A stretch of DNA of 64,000 bases from Leptonemataceae bacterium (GTDB taxonomy: Bacteria > Spirochaetota > Leptospiria > Leptospirales > Leptonemataceae), in contig OZ245742.1 of NCBI GenBank assembly GCA_965227295.1, positions 1,664,001-1,728,000 of the forward strand. Reading direction: 5' to 3'. Below the pieces are notes generated by a model. The model had not been told where the DNA came from and searched no databases. It saw only the letters and a program-made list of their open reading frames with translations. Below, in pieces: positions 39,185 through 49,169 of the stretch. Both the position numbers and the translations under genes were made by a program. Each line of letters starts with the position of its first letter. The first letter of the stretch is position 1.

Positions 39185-40675
39185 ATGCCCGCACATCCAT
39201 CTCATGAACACGATCCCGAAGGTCGGCGGTTACCGTTTAAGATCGACTCGGCCACCAACGGCGAGTACGAGCCGCGTCCGCTAACATCGTTTGAACGCAA
39301 TGTCCGCCGCGCTGCGCACGAGCGTGTGGATGTCGCCGCGAAGTACGTCGGCCTCGATCGTCGCAGTTTCCTCAAAAGTTCCATGGGCGTGGCCGCGGTC
39401 CTGCTCACGATGAACCAGGCCTGCCGGGACTCGGGCCGGGACGGCGGCGGATTCGACGTGTCGGGGGATGCGGAGCACGATCCGGACGCTGCCGGCGCGA
39501 CGCTCGGTAAACGCGACGATGAATTTATTTTTGATATTCAGACTCACTGCGTTGATCCTTCCGGCGATTGGGCGCAGGGCCCCGACGGCAAGCGCTGGCA
39601 GCGGAATCTTACGCAGGTGTTCGGCCAGGCGTCAAAGTGCGGCGACGGTTCGTTCGAATGTTACAGCGCGCGACAGTTGATCAAAGACGTCTTTCTGGAC
39701 AGCGATACCGACGCCGCGGTGGTTTCGGCTCTCTGGGGGGCACGCGGCAGCAATCCGACGCCCACGGAGTACGCCGCCGAAGCCCGGGCCGTCGTCGAGG
39801 AAATGGGCGGCCGGGGCCGGGCCATGATCCACGGGGGCGTACTGCCGAACGAGAAAGGCGCGCTTGACTTTATGTCAACACAGGTTAAGGAGTTCGCCGT
39901 AGACGCGTGGAAGTTGTATCCGCAGTGGGGACCGGAGGGCGTGGGCTTCTTTATGGACGATGAACGCTACGGGCTGCCGTTCCTGGAGCGCGCCCGGGAC
40001 CTGGACGTGCGCACCGTGTGCATTCATAAAGGGGTGCCTTTGCCGGGCCTGGAATATCGTTACAGCGATCCGTCGGACATGGGCCCCGTCGCCGTAAAGT
40101 ACGATGATCTTACATTTGTAATTTACCACTCCGGCTTCGAGTCGGGTGTCAGCGAGGGACCGTACAATCCGCAGAAGCCGCAGGGCGTGGACCGGCTCAT
40201 CAAGAGTTTTCAGGGCGCCGGTCTGGAACGCAACAAGGGAAATCTCTACGCGGAGCTGGGGAGCGTCTGGCGCTATTTCATGACGAAGCCCGATCAGGCG
40301 GCGCATCTACTCGGTAAACTCTTTAAGTACATGGGCGAAGATCGTATCTGCTGGGGTACGGACTCTCTCTGGTACGGCTCGCCCCAGGATCAAATTCAGG
40401 CCTTTCGCACGTTTCAGATATCCCCGGCGTTGCGCAAGCAGTTCGGCTATCCGGAGATTACCCCGGAAATGCGCGCGAAGGTTTTCGGGCTCAATGCCGC
40501 TAAGATCTACGGAGTGAATGTTAGCGATGTGCGCCGGCTGAGCACGACGGACTTTCCGGGCAAACTCAAGGCGGCGTACCGGGACGAGGCGAATCCGAGT
40601 TTTGCCACACACGGCCCGCAGACGCGGCGCGAGTTTCTACAGCTATGGCGCGATCGCGGCGGACGACCGGGTTGA
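39185..40675 (+). CDS. Amidohydrolase family protein
   Basis: FIFDIQTH, WKLYP, CIHKG, YHSG, YAELG, WGTDS, GLNAA. Confidence 0.88.
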   Translation: MPAHPSHEHDPEGRRLPFKIDSATNGEYEPRPLTSFERNVRRAAHERVDVAAKYVGLDRRSFLKSSMGVAAVLLTMNQACRDSGRDGGGFDVSGDAEHDPDAAGATLGKRDDEFIFDIQTHCVDPSGDWAQGPDGKRWQRNLTQVFGQASKCGDGSFECYSARQLIKDVFLDSDTDAAVVSALWGARGSNPTPTEYAAEARAVVEEMGGRGRAMIHGGVLPNEKGALDFMSTQVKEFAVDAWKLYPQWGPEGVGFFMDDERYGLPFLERARDLDVRTVCIHKGVPLPGLEYRYSDPSDMGPVAVKYDDLTFVIYHSGFESGVSEGPYNPQKPQGVDRLIKSFQGAGLERNKGNLYAELGSVWRYFMTKPDQAAHLLGKLFKYMGEDRICWGTDSLWYGSPQDQIQAFRTFQISPALRKQFGYPEITPEMRAKVFGLNAAKIYGVNVSDVRRLSTTDFPGKLKAAYRDEANPSFATHGPQTRREFLQLWRDRGGRPG

Positions 40676-40780
40676 TCAGGTAGCGCGAAACGCCGCGTCC
40701 AGGCGGTCGATGTACTCCGCGCTGAGTTCTAAGAACCGCGACGCGCCGCGCGCCGATGAAGGCGCGAACATGGAGTCGTG

Positions 40781-41125
40781 CTATTCCGGCTTCAGGTTGG
40801 ATCGCACCAGTCCCAGGCCCTGCCAGAAGTCCGGTGGATACTCCAGTTCCGACGGCGCGCGCGACCAGCCGCCCGTGAGGTTCAGCTCGTAGCCGTCGCC
40901 GAGTCGCCGGTATTCGACGTTCTTGAGATGGAGCTGGTCCCAACCGCCGAGGTGTTTGAGGTCGTCGAGGTCTTCCGGATACTGCCCGTAACGAACCTTG
41001 TGCAGTTCGATCAGAGCTATGGACGTCTTAATGTGTTGATCCCCGAAAGTTTGATTTGCGAACTCTTCCAGTGCGCAACTTCCGAGCAAGGCCGGCAATA
41101 GAATGATTGCGAGTTTTCGTTTCAT
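40781..41125 (-). CDS. Small lipoprotein with GspG-like helix
   Basis: Lipobox LGSC; IELHKVRYGQYPEDLDDL. Confidence 0.7.
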   Translation of the reverse strand: MKRKLAIILLPALLGSCALEEFANQTFGDQHIKTSIALIELHKVRYGQYPEDLDDLKHLGGWDQLHLKNVEYRRLGDGYELNLTGGWSRAPSELEYPPDFWQGLGLVRSNLKPE

Positions 41126-41130
41126 ACCAT

Positions 41131-41811
41131 CTACTCCACACTTTCCCGTTCCCATTCCAGATGCGCGCGATGCCTGCTGAAGAACCCCGTCTCTTCTTTA
41201 TACATGCCGTACTTCGCCCACAGATCGTCCGTAAAGTACACCGGGGTTAAATTAATGAGCGTCGCCGCCTGCGCCGCCGAAACATCCTCGCGCAGTGCAA
41301 ACAAATGGTTCCACGAGATCACCTCGAATGCGAACGGCCCCCGCAGCTCCGCGCCGTCTTTCGCGCGAACCTCGATCTTTTTATGTTTTACGCCGAACGC
41401 CGACGGATCGTAGTTCTCCGCGGTTTCGTAGTGCAGGCCGATAATCCTGCCGCGCGGGTCGATCGTCAACACGACCACTTCGATGTCTTTCGGACCGAAC
41501 ATCGTTTGCTGCAACCCCAGGCCGCCGGTGTAGATGTTGCGACTGAGAAACGGCGAGCAGCCCGAGGTATCGTTCCGTTCGAACGGCCACACGAAATGAT
41601 AGGCGATGTGCAGGTTGCCGTCCGAATCCCGGCTCATGCGATACAGCAGCGCCTCGGGATCGCCGTAGTCGGAGCCGCCGATGAGTTGCGGCGCGTGTTG
41701 CGCTGCGAGTTCGTCGTCACGCAACGCTTCGAACTCGGGCACATCGATGCGTGGAGCACTGCCCGCACTGGCGCAGGACGGCAATTGCGGGACGATCATC
41801 CCGATCAGCAT
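41131..41811 (-). CDS. Hypothetical lipoprotein
   Basis: Lipobox-like LPSC, host-like codon usage; start uncertain. Confidence 0.7.
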   Translation of the reverse strand: MLIGMIVPQLPSCASAGSAPRIDVPEFEALRDDELAAQHAPQLIGGSDYGDPEALLYRMSRDSDGNLHIAYHFVWPFERNDTSGCSPFLSRNIYTGGLGLQQTMFGPKDIEVVVLTIDPRGRIIGLHYETAENYDPSAFGVKHKKIEVRAKDGAELRGPFAFEVISWNHLFALREDVSAAQAATLINLTPVYFTDDLWAKYGMYKEETGFFSRHRAHLEWERESVE

Positions 41812-41866
41812 ACAAAAAAAGCAAATCGACTTGACCCGTACGCAAAGCAGGCGGCAGACATTCTTC

Positions 41867-43474
41867 ATGGCCGGTAAATCATCGCAGTCGAAAAAATCCG
41901 CAACCGAAAAAGAGCGCGCGGCGTTTGTGAAAAAAATCAGCGCGGGTTACGACTTCGGCGACGCGCCGGCGATGACCCTCGGCGCGGGCACCCTGGCGGG
42001 CGAAGTTACGGCCGACGCCCTCGTAAACATTCCGCTGGGCACGCTGAACCGCCACGGCCTCATTGCCGGCGCGACGGGCACCGGAAAAACGAAGACACTG
42101 CAAATCATCGCGGAACTGCTTTCGCAGAACGGCGTGCCGTCGTTGGTCATGGACATCAAAGGAGATTTGAGCGGTCTCGCGCAACCCGGCGAAGAAAAAG
42201 ATTTCATCACCGAACGTCATGCGAAGCTCGGCTTCGCGTACGAGGCCCGCCCGTCGCCGGTGGAATTGCTCAGCCTCTCCGGCGAAAGGGGCGCGCGTCT
42301 GCGGGCCACGGTCTCGGAGTTCGGTCCCGTGTTGCTATCGAAAATCCTGGACCTCAACGATACCCAGGCCGGCATCCTGGCCGTGGTCTTCGAATACTGC
42401 GACGACAATAAGTTGCTTTTGCTGGATCTTAAGGATCTCAAAAAAGCCCTGGCCTACGTTCAGGAGGGCCACGAGGACGTCGTCGAGGAGTACGGCAAAA
42501 TCTCGAAGGCGTCCACGGGCACCATTCTGCGTAAGATCGTGGCGCTGGAGCAACAGGACGCGGAAATGTTTTTCGGCGAACGTTCCTTCGACGTGGAAGA
42601 TCTTACGCGCGTCGACGAGAACGGACGCGGCATCGTTTCGATTCTACGGCTCAGCGACCTTCAAGATAGGCCGGCGTTGTTCAGCACGTTTATGTTGCAG
42701 CTCTTGGCTGAAGTTTACGAGAAGTTTCCGGAAGAGGGCGACCTGGATCGTCCCAAACTGTGCATCTTCATCGACGAGGCGCATCTGGTTTTCAAGAACG
42801 CGTCGAAGACGTTGCTCGGTCAGATCGAAACCATCGTGAAGCTCATTCGTTCGAAGGGCGTCGGTGTGTTTTTCGTAACGCAGAACCCCACGGACGTGCC
42901 CGCGGAGGTGCTGTCTCAGCTCGGCCTGAAAGTGCAGCACGCACTGCGCGCATTCACGGCCAGAGATCGCAAGGCCATCAAACAGGCGGCCGAGAACTTT
43001 CCGTTGAGCGATTTCTACGATGCGGCGGAGCTGCTCACGAGCATGGGCATCGGTGAGGCCATGGTCACGGGCCTGGATCGCAAGGGGCGGCCGACGCCGC
43101 TGGTGCATACGATGCTCCGCGCCCCGGCGTCGCGCATGGACGTACTTTCGAAGAAGGAACTCGACGAACTTGTAAAATCCTCGAAGCTCGCGGAGAAGTA
43201 CGCCGAGAAGATCGACCGCGAAAGCGCCTACGAAATTCTTTCGGAGCGCATTCAGAAACTCGAAGAGGCCGGCGAAAAAGCGGCGAAGTCTAAGTCAGCC
43301 TCAAGTAAATCTAAGGGCCGCGGCAAACAAGAACAGTCAACAATCGCGGCGATCGCCGGCAGTCCCCTGGCGAAACAGATCGGCCGCACGGTGGCGCGGG
43401 AGATGACCCGCGGTCTGTTGGGCGTGCTGGGCATCAAAAGCGGCCGTCGCCGCAAAAGTTCGTCCTGGTTTTGA
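41867..43474 (+). CDS. DUF853 / HerA-like ATPase (YjgR family)
   Basis: NRHGLIAGATGTGKT, DIKGDLSG, FIDEAHL, LIRSKGVG, TQNP, QHALRAFT. Confidence 0.93.
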   Translation: MAGKSSQSKKSATEKERAAFVKKISAGYDFGDAPAMTLGAGTLAGEVTADALVNIPLGTLNRHGLIAGATGTGKTKTLQIIAELLSQNGVPSLVMDIKGDLSGLAQPGEEKDFITERHAKLGFAYEARPSPVELLSLSGERGARLRATVSEFGPVLLSKILDLNDTQAGILAVVFEYCDDNKLLLLDLKDLKKALAYVQEGHEDVVEEYGKISKASTGTILRKIVALEQQDAEMFFGERSFDVEDLTRVDENGRGIVSILRLSDLQDRPALFSTFMLQLLAEVYEKFPEEGDLDRPKLCIFIDEAHLVFKNASKTLLGQIETIVKLIRSKGVGVFFVTQNPTDVPAEVLSQLGLKVQHALRAFTARDRKAIKQAAENFPLSDFYDAAELLTSMGIGEAMVTGLDRKGRPTPLVHTMLRAPASRMDVLSKKELDELVKSSKLAEKYAEKIDRESAYEILSERIQKLEEAGEKAAKSKSASSKSKGRGKQEQSTIAAIAGSPLAKQIGRTVAREMTRGLLGVLGIKSGRRRKSSSWF

Positions 43475-43482
43475 GAAGTATC

Positions 43483-43598
43483 AACCACCGAGGCGCCGAG
43501 GACACCGAGGTGAAGAATGTGAGGGTTCTCGGCGGGCGAGGACTTGCAAGCAATGGACGTATTTTGATTCCCTCGGCGACCTCGGAGCCTCGGTGGTT
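43483..43598. repeat. REP-like inverted repeat element with CCGAGG triplet arms
   Basis: AACCACCGAGGCGCCGAGGACACCGAGG (43483-43510) pairs with CCTCGGCGACCTCGGAGCCTCGGTGGTT (43571-43598); lies between convergent genes. Confidence 0.8.
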
Positions 43599-43628
43599 AA
43601 AACCCGGATTTTCAGGACGGCCCGATCG

Positions 43629-45845
43629 TTAGAACCGCACCACCGATTCCACCAGGTCGATCGAGCCCACGGCTTCGTCCTCCTGGATCTCGCCGCGCTG
43701 GCGCAGGATCTGGTGCACGTAGAAGTTCAGCGCCGGTGTGGAGCGGATGATCTGGGAAATGTCCTCTTTATCGAAGACGAGCAGGCTGCCGCCGTCCTTC
43801 GATTGAACCGTCGCATTGCGCACGCGATCCGCGAGGCTGCCGTACTCGCCGAACATATCCCCCGGACCGATGGACGCGAGCTCGGCGCCCTCACGCAGAA
43901 TGGCAAACGATCCGTTTAAGATGATGTAGAACTCGCGGCCGAGAGTGCCCTGTTCAATGACGGTCTCACCGGCGGCGACTTCCATGCGTCGACCCTGGGC
44001 GGCCAGGCGAGAGTTCACGACGTCGCCCAGTTCGTTGAAAGGATGATGCGGTTCCAGCTCGTGACGGTTTTGCCACATCGTCTTCAGTTCTTCGGCGCGG
44101 TTTTCGTTTTTCAAAAACGAGATGAACAGATCCTCGCTGATCTCACACAGGATCACGGGGATGCGCGCGACGATACTGGCGTTGCGGCGTTCGACATCGT
44201 TGACCACCGCCATGTCGCCGACGACCTCGCCGGCTTCTTTCACGCCCACCACGTGCATTTCCTCGCCGTCGTGATGCACCACGCTGACGTTACCCGAAAT
44301 GATGAAGTAGATGGTGCCGTTGCGCAGTTCGCCCTGCTTCATGATCACGTCGCCGGCGTTGTACTTCACGAGGCGCAGGTTGCCGAGCAACGCGGTCTCC
44401 CATTCCTCGCTGATGTCCGGGTAGTGACGCAACAACGTCTGCATGGTACGAATGACGTAGGCCGACTCCCGCGCTTCCTGTAAGATGAAACGTTTGCCAT
44501 GGGAAGCGAGCGTAAACGTCGTGTTGAATTCTTTCGGCAGCTGTTCCAGGTGTAGAAAGATGACCCGGTCCGAACGCGATTCCAGGGAATCGCGCGGGTC
44601 GCCGTGCAGGATGCCCATGCCGCCGTCCGCGAAGAAGAGATCGTGGCGGTCGCGGTAGAGCTTCTGAAGATACTCGTACTTATCGCGCGAGACGGTTCCG
44701 TCCTCGACCATCTTTTTGATATCCGGCAGGGCCTTGTTGTCGCCGACGAACACAATGCGATGGCGCTCGCCCTCGTACTCCATCTCGAAGGACGCGCCGA
44801 TGGTGGGAATGCTGTGCACGGTGTAGTGCGGCGTAATGGTCATGCCGTAGAAGTCGTTGGGCTGGTACGGCTCCAGTTCGACGAAGTCGAAGTACGAAAG
44901 GAATTCGTTTTGGTCGTGGCCGGTCATCAGCGCGAGTTTCTTACACGCCATCCAGAAGACCTCTCGCGTGGCCAGGAACTTCACCCGGTTATGAAACATG
45001 ACCAGCGGGAAGATGTTGCAGTGGTCGTCGTGAATGTGCGTGAGGAAGATCGATTTGATCTGCTCGCGGGAAACGCCGCGGGCGTTGAGGGCGTACTCTA
45101 AGTACGGCATGCAATCGATGAGCATGTACTCGGAGTTGTAGTTCAACAGCAGGCCGGAGCAGGGATTCGACGCGGCGAAACCCGAGGCGCCGCCCAGAAC
45201 GTCGATAGAAAACTTCGCCGGGAGCTGAGGTACGAAGTCCGGCCGCAGATCGTACGGCGGGACCTGTTCCACGTCGCTTTTCGGGTCGAGGTCCACGTCG
45301 ATGAGAGTGCCTTCGATTTCGTAAACATTGCGCTCGCGATGACGCAGCACGAAGTGTTCGGTTTGCAGCTCGCCGTTTTCGAAGGCGTGAAAGTTCACGA
45401 AGCCCTCGACGGGTATTTCGTGCCCCGCGGAATCCTTTACGGACAACGCCCGGGATTCGCGAAAGAGATTGCGAAAGTGCGGATTCGGGCCGAGCCCGGG
45501 TTTCTGTAACGCGGCGTACTCTTCCTGAGTCGGCCCGAGCAGCGACAGGCGGAGTAATTCGCGATTGTTGCGCACGGCCTTTGCTTCGCCGAGGATACTC
45601 AGCTTGCGTCCCTTGAAGAAGTGACCCTGGACGAACAGGAAGTAGTAAAACGGAAACTCCGTCGCATTTTGCAGGACGCCGCGGTGATGGATCGTATCCG
45701 GCAGGACGATGTAGTCCGGGAACGGGATGTCGCGGACGATGAGGTGTTTGATTACCTCCGGCGGACAGCCGAAAAGTACCGAGTACTCGTTCGTTTGAAA
45801 GACTTTGACGCCGGGGATTATGTCCAGAACGCGGTGCGAACTCAT
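43629..45845 (-). CDS. Metallo-beta-lactamase-fold hydrolase with two C-terminal cNMP-binding domains (putative cNMP phosphodiesterase)
   Basis: THIHDDH, HSIPT, LH motifs; cNMP domains GEVVGDMA...RRNASI and GDMFGEYG...RNATV. Confidence 0.85.
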   Translation of the reverse strand: MSSHRVLDIIPGVKVFQTNEYSVLFGCPPEVIKHLIVRDIPFPDYIVLPDTIHHRGVLQNATEFPFYYFLFVQGHFFKGRKLSILGEAKAVRNNRELLRLSLLGPTQEEYAALQKPGLGPNPHFRNLFRESRALSVKDSAGHEIPVEGFVNFHAFENGELQTEHFVLRHRERNVYEIEGTLIDVDLDPKSDVEQVPPYDLRPDFVPQLPAKFSIDVLGGASGFAASNPCSGLLLNYNSEYMLIDCMPYLEYALNARGVSREQIKSIFLTHIHDDHCNIFPLVMFHNRVKFLATREVFWMACKKLALMTGHDQNEFLSYFDFVELEPYQPNDFYGMTITPHYTVHSIPTIGASFEMEYEGERHRIVFVGDNKALPDIKKMVEDGTVSRDKYEYLQKLYRDRHDLFFADGGMGILHGDPRDSLESRSDRVIFLHLEQLPKEFNTTFTLASHGKRFILQEARESAYVIRTMQTLLRHYPDISEEWETALLGNLRLVKYNAGDVIMKQGELRNGTIYFIISGNVSVVHHDGEEMHVVGVKEAGEVVGDMAVVNDVERRNASIVARIPVILCEISEDLFISFLKNENRAEELKTMWQNRHELEPHHPFNELGDVVNSRLAAQGRRMEVAAGETVIEQGTLGREFYIILNGSFAILREGAELASIGPGDMFGEYGSLADRVRNATVQSKDGGSLLVFDKEDISQIIRSTPALNFYVHQILRQRGEIQEDEAVGSIDLVESVVRF

Positions 45846-46042
45846 TTTACAATCAGACCTTTCGCATCGAAGCGAGTCAATGAAAACCCCCGAAAACACG
45901 GGTGATCGGGACCCTTTATCTAACGAACATTTAACTGAAAACTCGCGCCCCTCTAACCTCCCCCGGTTGACTTTTGTTTGCAAAATGCCGTAGTAAGAAC
46001 ACGGAGTGACCGGCGCGCCGGAGTGCGGCCCGGCAGAGTATC

Positions 46043-47674
46043 ATGAAAAAACTAATCGTATCGATTCTTGTCGTTTGTTTCTCGTTTGTGGGAGGAGCGC
46101 GATGCACCGGTGGTGGCGGCGACGACGGCGCCTTTCTGTTGCTGGCGTTGCTCGCTCTGGGCCTCGGTGGGCCGGACGTTAGTCCTGAAACCGCGGGCGA
46201 AGATGTCGGCGCCGAACCGGCGACGGAAACCGTCGAAGCAACCCCCACGGAAGAGCTGGAAGCGGACCCGGCTCCGGTCTTCACAGCGGAAAACGCCGAG
46301 GCCCTGGACGAGGAAGAAGCCGCGGGTTCCGGCGAATCGCCCTCCGGTAGCGAGACATCCGGCGAAAGCAGCGGCGCGGATACAGCCGGCGGTTCTGACG
46401 ATAGCGGAAACAGCAGCGGCTCCTCCGAGCCGGAAGAAGTGGTCATCGCCACCGGCGAAGAAACCGGCGCCGATACTACGGCGTCTCCGCCGGCATCCGC
46501 CGGGAACACCGGCAACGGTTCTTCGTCCGCGAACAATGGAAACAATGCGAACGACAACGGCACGTCCGAAAGCGCGGGCAGCGATACCGGCGAAGACGTC
46601 GACGTTACGTTCGAAGACGTCGGCATCGGTGTGGACCCGGATGCCGGGACGGACGCCGCGGGCGCGTCCGGCAGTTGCGGCGCGCGCAGTCTGAGTCTCG
46701 ATCCCACCGGCGGTAAGTGGTACACATCCGAAGCTAAGAACAAGGGCCAGGCCAAGAAAGGTACCGGTGTCTACACGTTCTGGCAGAATCAAAAATTGAC
46801 GCTGCGTATTCGCAACAACTGCGACGCCGGTTGGTACCAACTGCGCGTAAAAGCGAGCAACATCAACGGACCGCTGCCGGACTTCTACGACGCGTTCAAC
46901 ATCACCGTGCAGAACGAGGTCACCGGTCGTCAACTCGGCGGCCTGTTCATCAAGGCCGACGACAAAGCCGCGCATCAGGGATTGCTGTGGGTTTATCTCG
47001 GCGCCGGGGATACGAGTCTGGATCTGATCTGGACCAACGACGCCTACGAGAAAGGCGAGTACGACGCGAACCTGCACATTGAAGCGGTGGCGCTTTCGAG
47101 CCAGGCGAAGCAGCGGTATCGCAAGAGCGTGAATCGTAACGCGCTGAACTACTGCGAGGTCGGCGGGCGTTTCTTCTACGATACCCAGGCGCGCACGGCG
47201 CGCACGTACTGGAAAGATCAAAAGATCGCTTACTGCTTCTACGATCTGGAGCCGGGCCTCTACGAAGTGGAAGTCCGCGCGCGGAACTACGGCCAGCTCG
47301 GCCTGCCCTCGGGTTATGATTCATTCCGCGTGGACATCGCGGCGGACGGGGTCTCCGCTACGGCCGTGATTCCGGCGGACGATCGGAACTTCCGCACGGG
47401 CTCGGCGGTCCTGGACATTCGCGGCGGTGACGCTACCGTGGTTCTGAACTGGCGCAACGATCGTTACAAAAATGGAGTCTTCGACGCGAACATCGAATAC
47501 AAGGACATCTTCCTGAAGCGTGTCGGCGATTCGCAGCGCACGGGCCTCGCGGCATACATCAGTGAGGCCGGCCGGGGCGGCGGAGCGGTGATCCTGATCG
47601 CTGTTCTCGTTGCCATTCTGGGCCTGGGCGGTATCTATGCTTACCGTCGCAGCCGGGAGAGTACCGTCGCGTAA
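46043..47674 (+). CDS. Surface protein: signal/lipobox, acidic G/S/E/T linker, two tandem CBM-like beta-sandwich repeats, C-terminal membrane anchor
   Basis: Repeats WTNDAYEKGEYDANLHI and WRNDRYKNGVFDANIEY; C-terminus GGG-hydrophobic-RRSR. Confidence 0.75.
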   Translation: MKKLIVSILVVCFSFVGGARCTGGGGDDGAFLLLALLALGLGGPDVSPETAGEDVGAEPATETVEATPTEELEADPAPVFTAENAEALDEEEAAGSGESPSGSETSGESSGADTAGGSDDSGNSSGSSEPEEVVIATGEETGADTTASPPASAGNTGNGSSSANNGNNANDNGTSESAGSDTGEDVDVTFEDVGIGVDPDAGTDAAGASGSCGARSLSLDPTGGKWYTSEAKNKGQAKKGTGVYTFWQNQKLTLRIRNNCDAGWYQLRVKASNINGPLPDFYDAFNITVQNEVTGRQLGGLFIKADDKAAHQGLLWVYLGAGDTSLDLIWTNDAYEKGEYDANLHIEAVALSSQAKQRYRKSVNRNALNYCEVGGRFFYDTQARTARTYWKDQKIAYCFYDLEPGLYEVEVRARNYGQLGLPSGYDSFRVDIAADGVSATAVIPADDRNFRTGSAVLDIRGGDATVVLNWRNDRYKNGVFDANIEYKDIFLKRVGDSQRTGLAAYISEAGRGGGAVILIAVLVAILGLGGIYAYRRSRESTVA

Positions 47675-47716
47675 AACGCGCGGGCGGCGCCGGGCAATTA
47701 CGGCGCCGCCGTTCTC

Positions 47717-49102
47717 ATGGAAATTGTCGTTAAGCTGATTGTCTCGCTGGGAGTAGTCGCGATCTTCTTCGCGTTCTACTTCCGGCATTTTGTTTTTCGG
47801 CGATCCGTCGTCCTCCAGAGCCGCGGTTTATTCTACGGCATCCTCAGCGCCGCCGCGGCCCTGGCCCTGCAACTCTACGTCCTGCCGATCCTGCTGCCGG
47901 ACAATCGTCCGAAGTTCAGCCGCGCGCTCATCGATGCGGCGTTCATCGAGGAGGCCGTGCGCCTCTGTTTCTTAATGTACTATCTGCGCTTCGTCGCGTT
48001 TACGGGCGGCGGCAAGAACAGCAGCAATCAGTCGACGTTCACCGTGGTCGAGGGTGTCTTCGACGGCATTCTTCTGGGCCTGGGTTTTGCCCTCGTCGAA
48101 AATCTACATTACGGTTTGAGTTATCCGGGCTACGTGATTCTGTTGCGTTCGCTGACCTCGGCGCCGTTGCACGCGTTCATGGGCGGCATCATGGCCTTTT
48201 TTTTATCGTACGGTCTCTTGCGCGATACGTCGCACCGGAGCGGACGTCCGTCGCTGCGTTCGATGTATCTCTACGCCGCGGCCTTCGGCCTGCCGTTTAC
48301 GCTGCACGCCGCCTACGACCTGGGCTTCGTGCTGGGATCGTTCGCGTACGCCGTGCCCCTGGTGCTGATCGCTTCGTTCTTGATTACGGAGTACTGCATG
48401 CAGCGGGCGCGGCTCTACTTCGGTCGCAACGTGTTGGGCATGATCGGCATCGACGTCGACGATCTCGAAGTGTATCTCTATCAGCTCGAGTACGAGAAGT
48501 GGTTGGGAGACAGACAGGACGAGGATCGGCCGGAGCCGGAACTCTTTCATCGCCGTCGCCCGGGCGAAGTCTTCAAAGAAGCCGCGGGGGGCGTCGGCCT
48601 GGTCGTACTTGCGCTGGCGGCGGCGGTGTACTATCTGCTCGATCCCGGTGCCGCGGTGTTTCGGAGCCTGCCGTCCGCGGAGATTCGCATCTCTCTGTTG
48701 ATGGTCTATCCCGCCCTGACCGGATCCATGTTGATCTTTACGGACGTCGTGAACATGCTCTACCTGCGGGATCGACTGCTCAGCGTGCCGATGCCGATTC
48801 AGGTCCTGGTGGAACGCGACGGTGCGGCTTACTCCACGGTGGCCCTGGACGTTCTTCCGGCCGGCGTGTTCATCAGCGACGCCGAGCGCCTGGAACAGGA
48901 CGAGGAGGTGCGCTTAACATTCGAGACGGGCAGATTAACGAGCGGCCCGTACACGGCGCGACTGCGTTGGGCGAATCGCCTGAATCCGACGCTGCCGTTC
49001 GGGCATTTGCTAAGATTTGAGCATCGCAACTTAAGTTTTTTCTGGTTCCGCCTGCGCTACAAGTGGATGAAGCTGCACGGTAAATCGAAGGTGTTCGGCT
49101 AG
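47717..49102 (+). CDS. PrsW family intramembrane protease with C-terminal PilZ-like domain
   Basis: IEEAVR, GLGFALVENL, PLHA, LHAAYD; C-terminus ALDVLPAGVFI...LRWAN...LRF. Confidence 0.82.
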   Translation: MEIVVKLIVSLGVVAIFFAFYFRHFVFRRSVVLQSRGLFYGILSAAAALALQLYVLPILLPDNRPKFSRALIDAAFIEEAVRLCFLMYYLRFVAFTGGGKNSSNQSTFTVVEGVFDGILLGLGFALVENLHYGLSYPGYVILLRSLTSAPLHAFMGGIMAFFLSYGLLRDTSHRSGRPSLRSMYLYAAAFGLPFTLHAAYDLGFVLGSFAYAVPLVLIASFLITEYCMQRARLYFGRNVLGMIGIDVDDLEVYLYQLEYEKWLGDRQDEDRPEPELFHRRRPGEVFKEAAGGVGLVVLALAAAVYYLLDPGAAVFRSLPSAEIRISLLMVYPALTGSMLIFTDVVNMLYLRDRLLSVPMPIQVLVERDGAAYSTVALDVLPAGVFISDAERLEQDEEVRLTFETGRLTSGPYTARLRWANRLNPTLPFGHLLRFEHRNLSFFWFRLRYKWMKLHGKSKVFG

Positions 49103-49169
49103 CTGTTTCTTCGCGCCAGGGATTGGAGCGATGGCCAGGAAAATCATATCGGCGTTTCCCTCCGCTTCG

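Noticed and set aside
45931-47221. Long minus-strand ORFs and low-complexity tract
   Set aside because: Shadows of the acidic linker of the surface protein; no DNA tandem repeat unit visible
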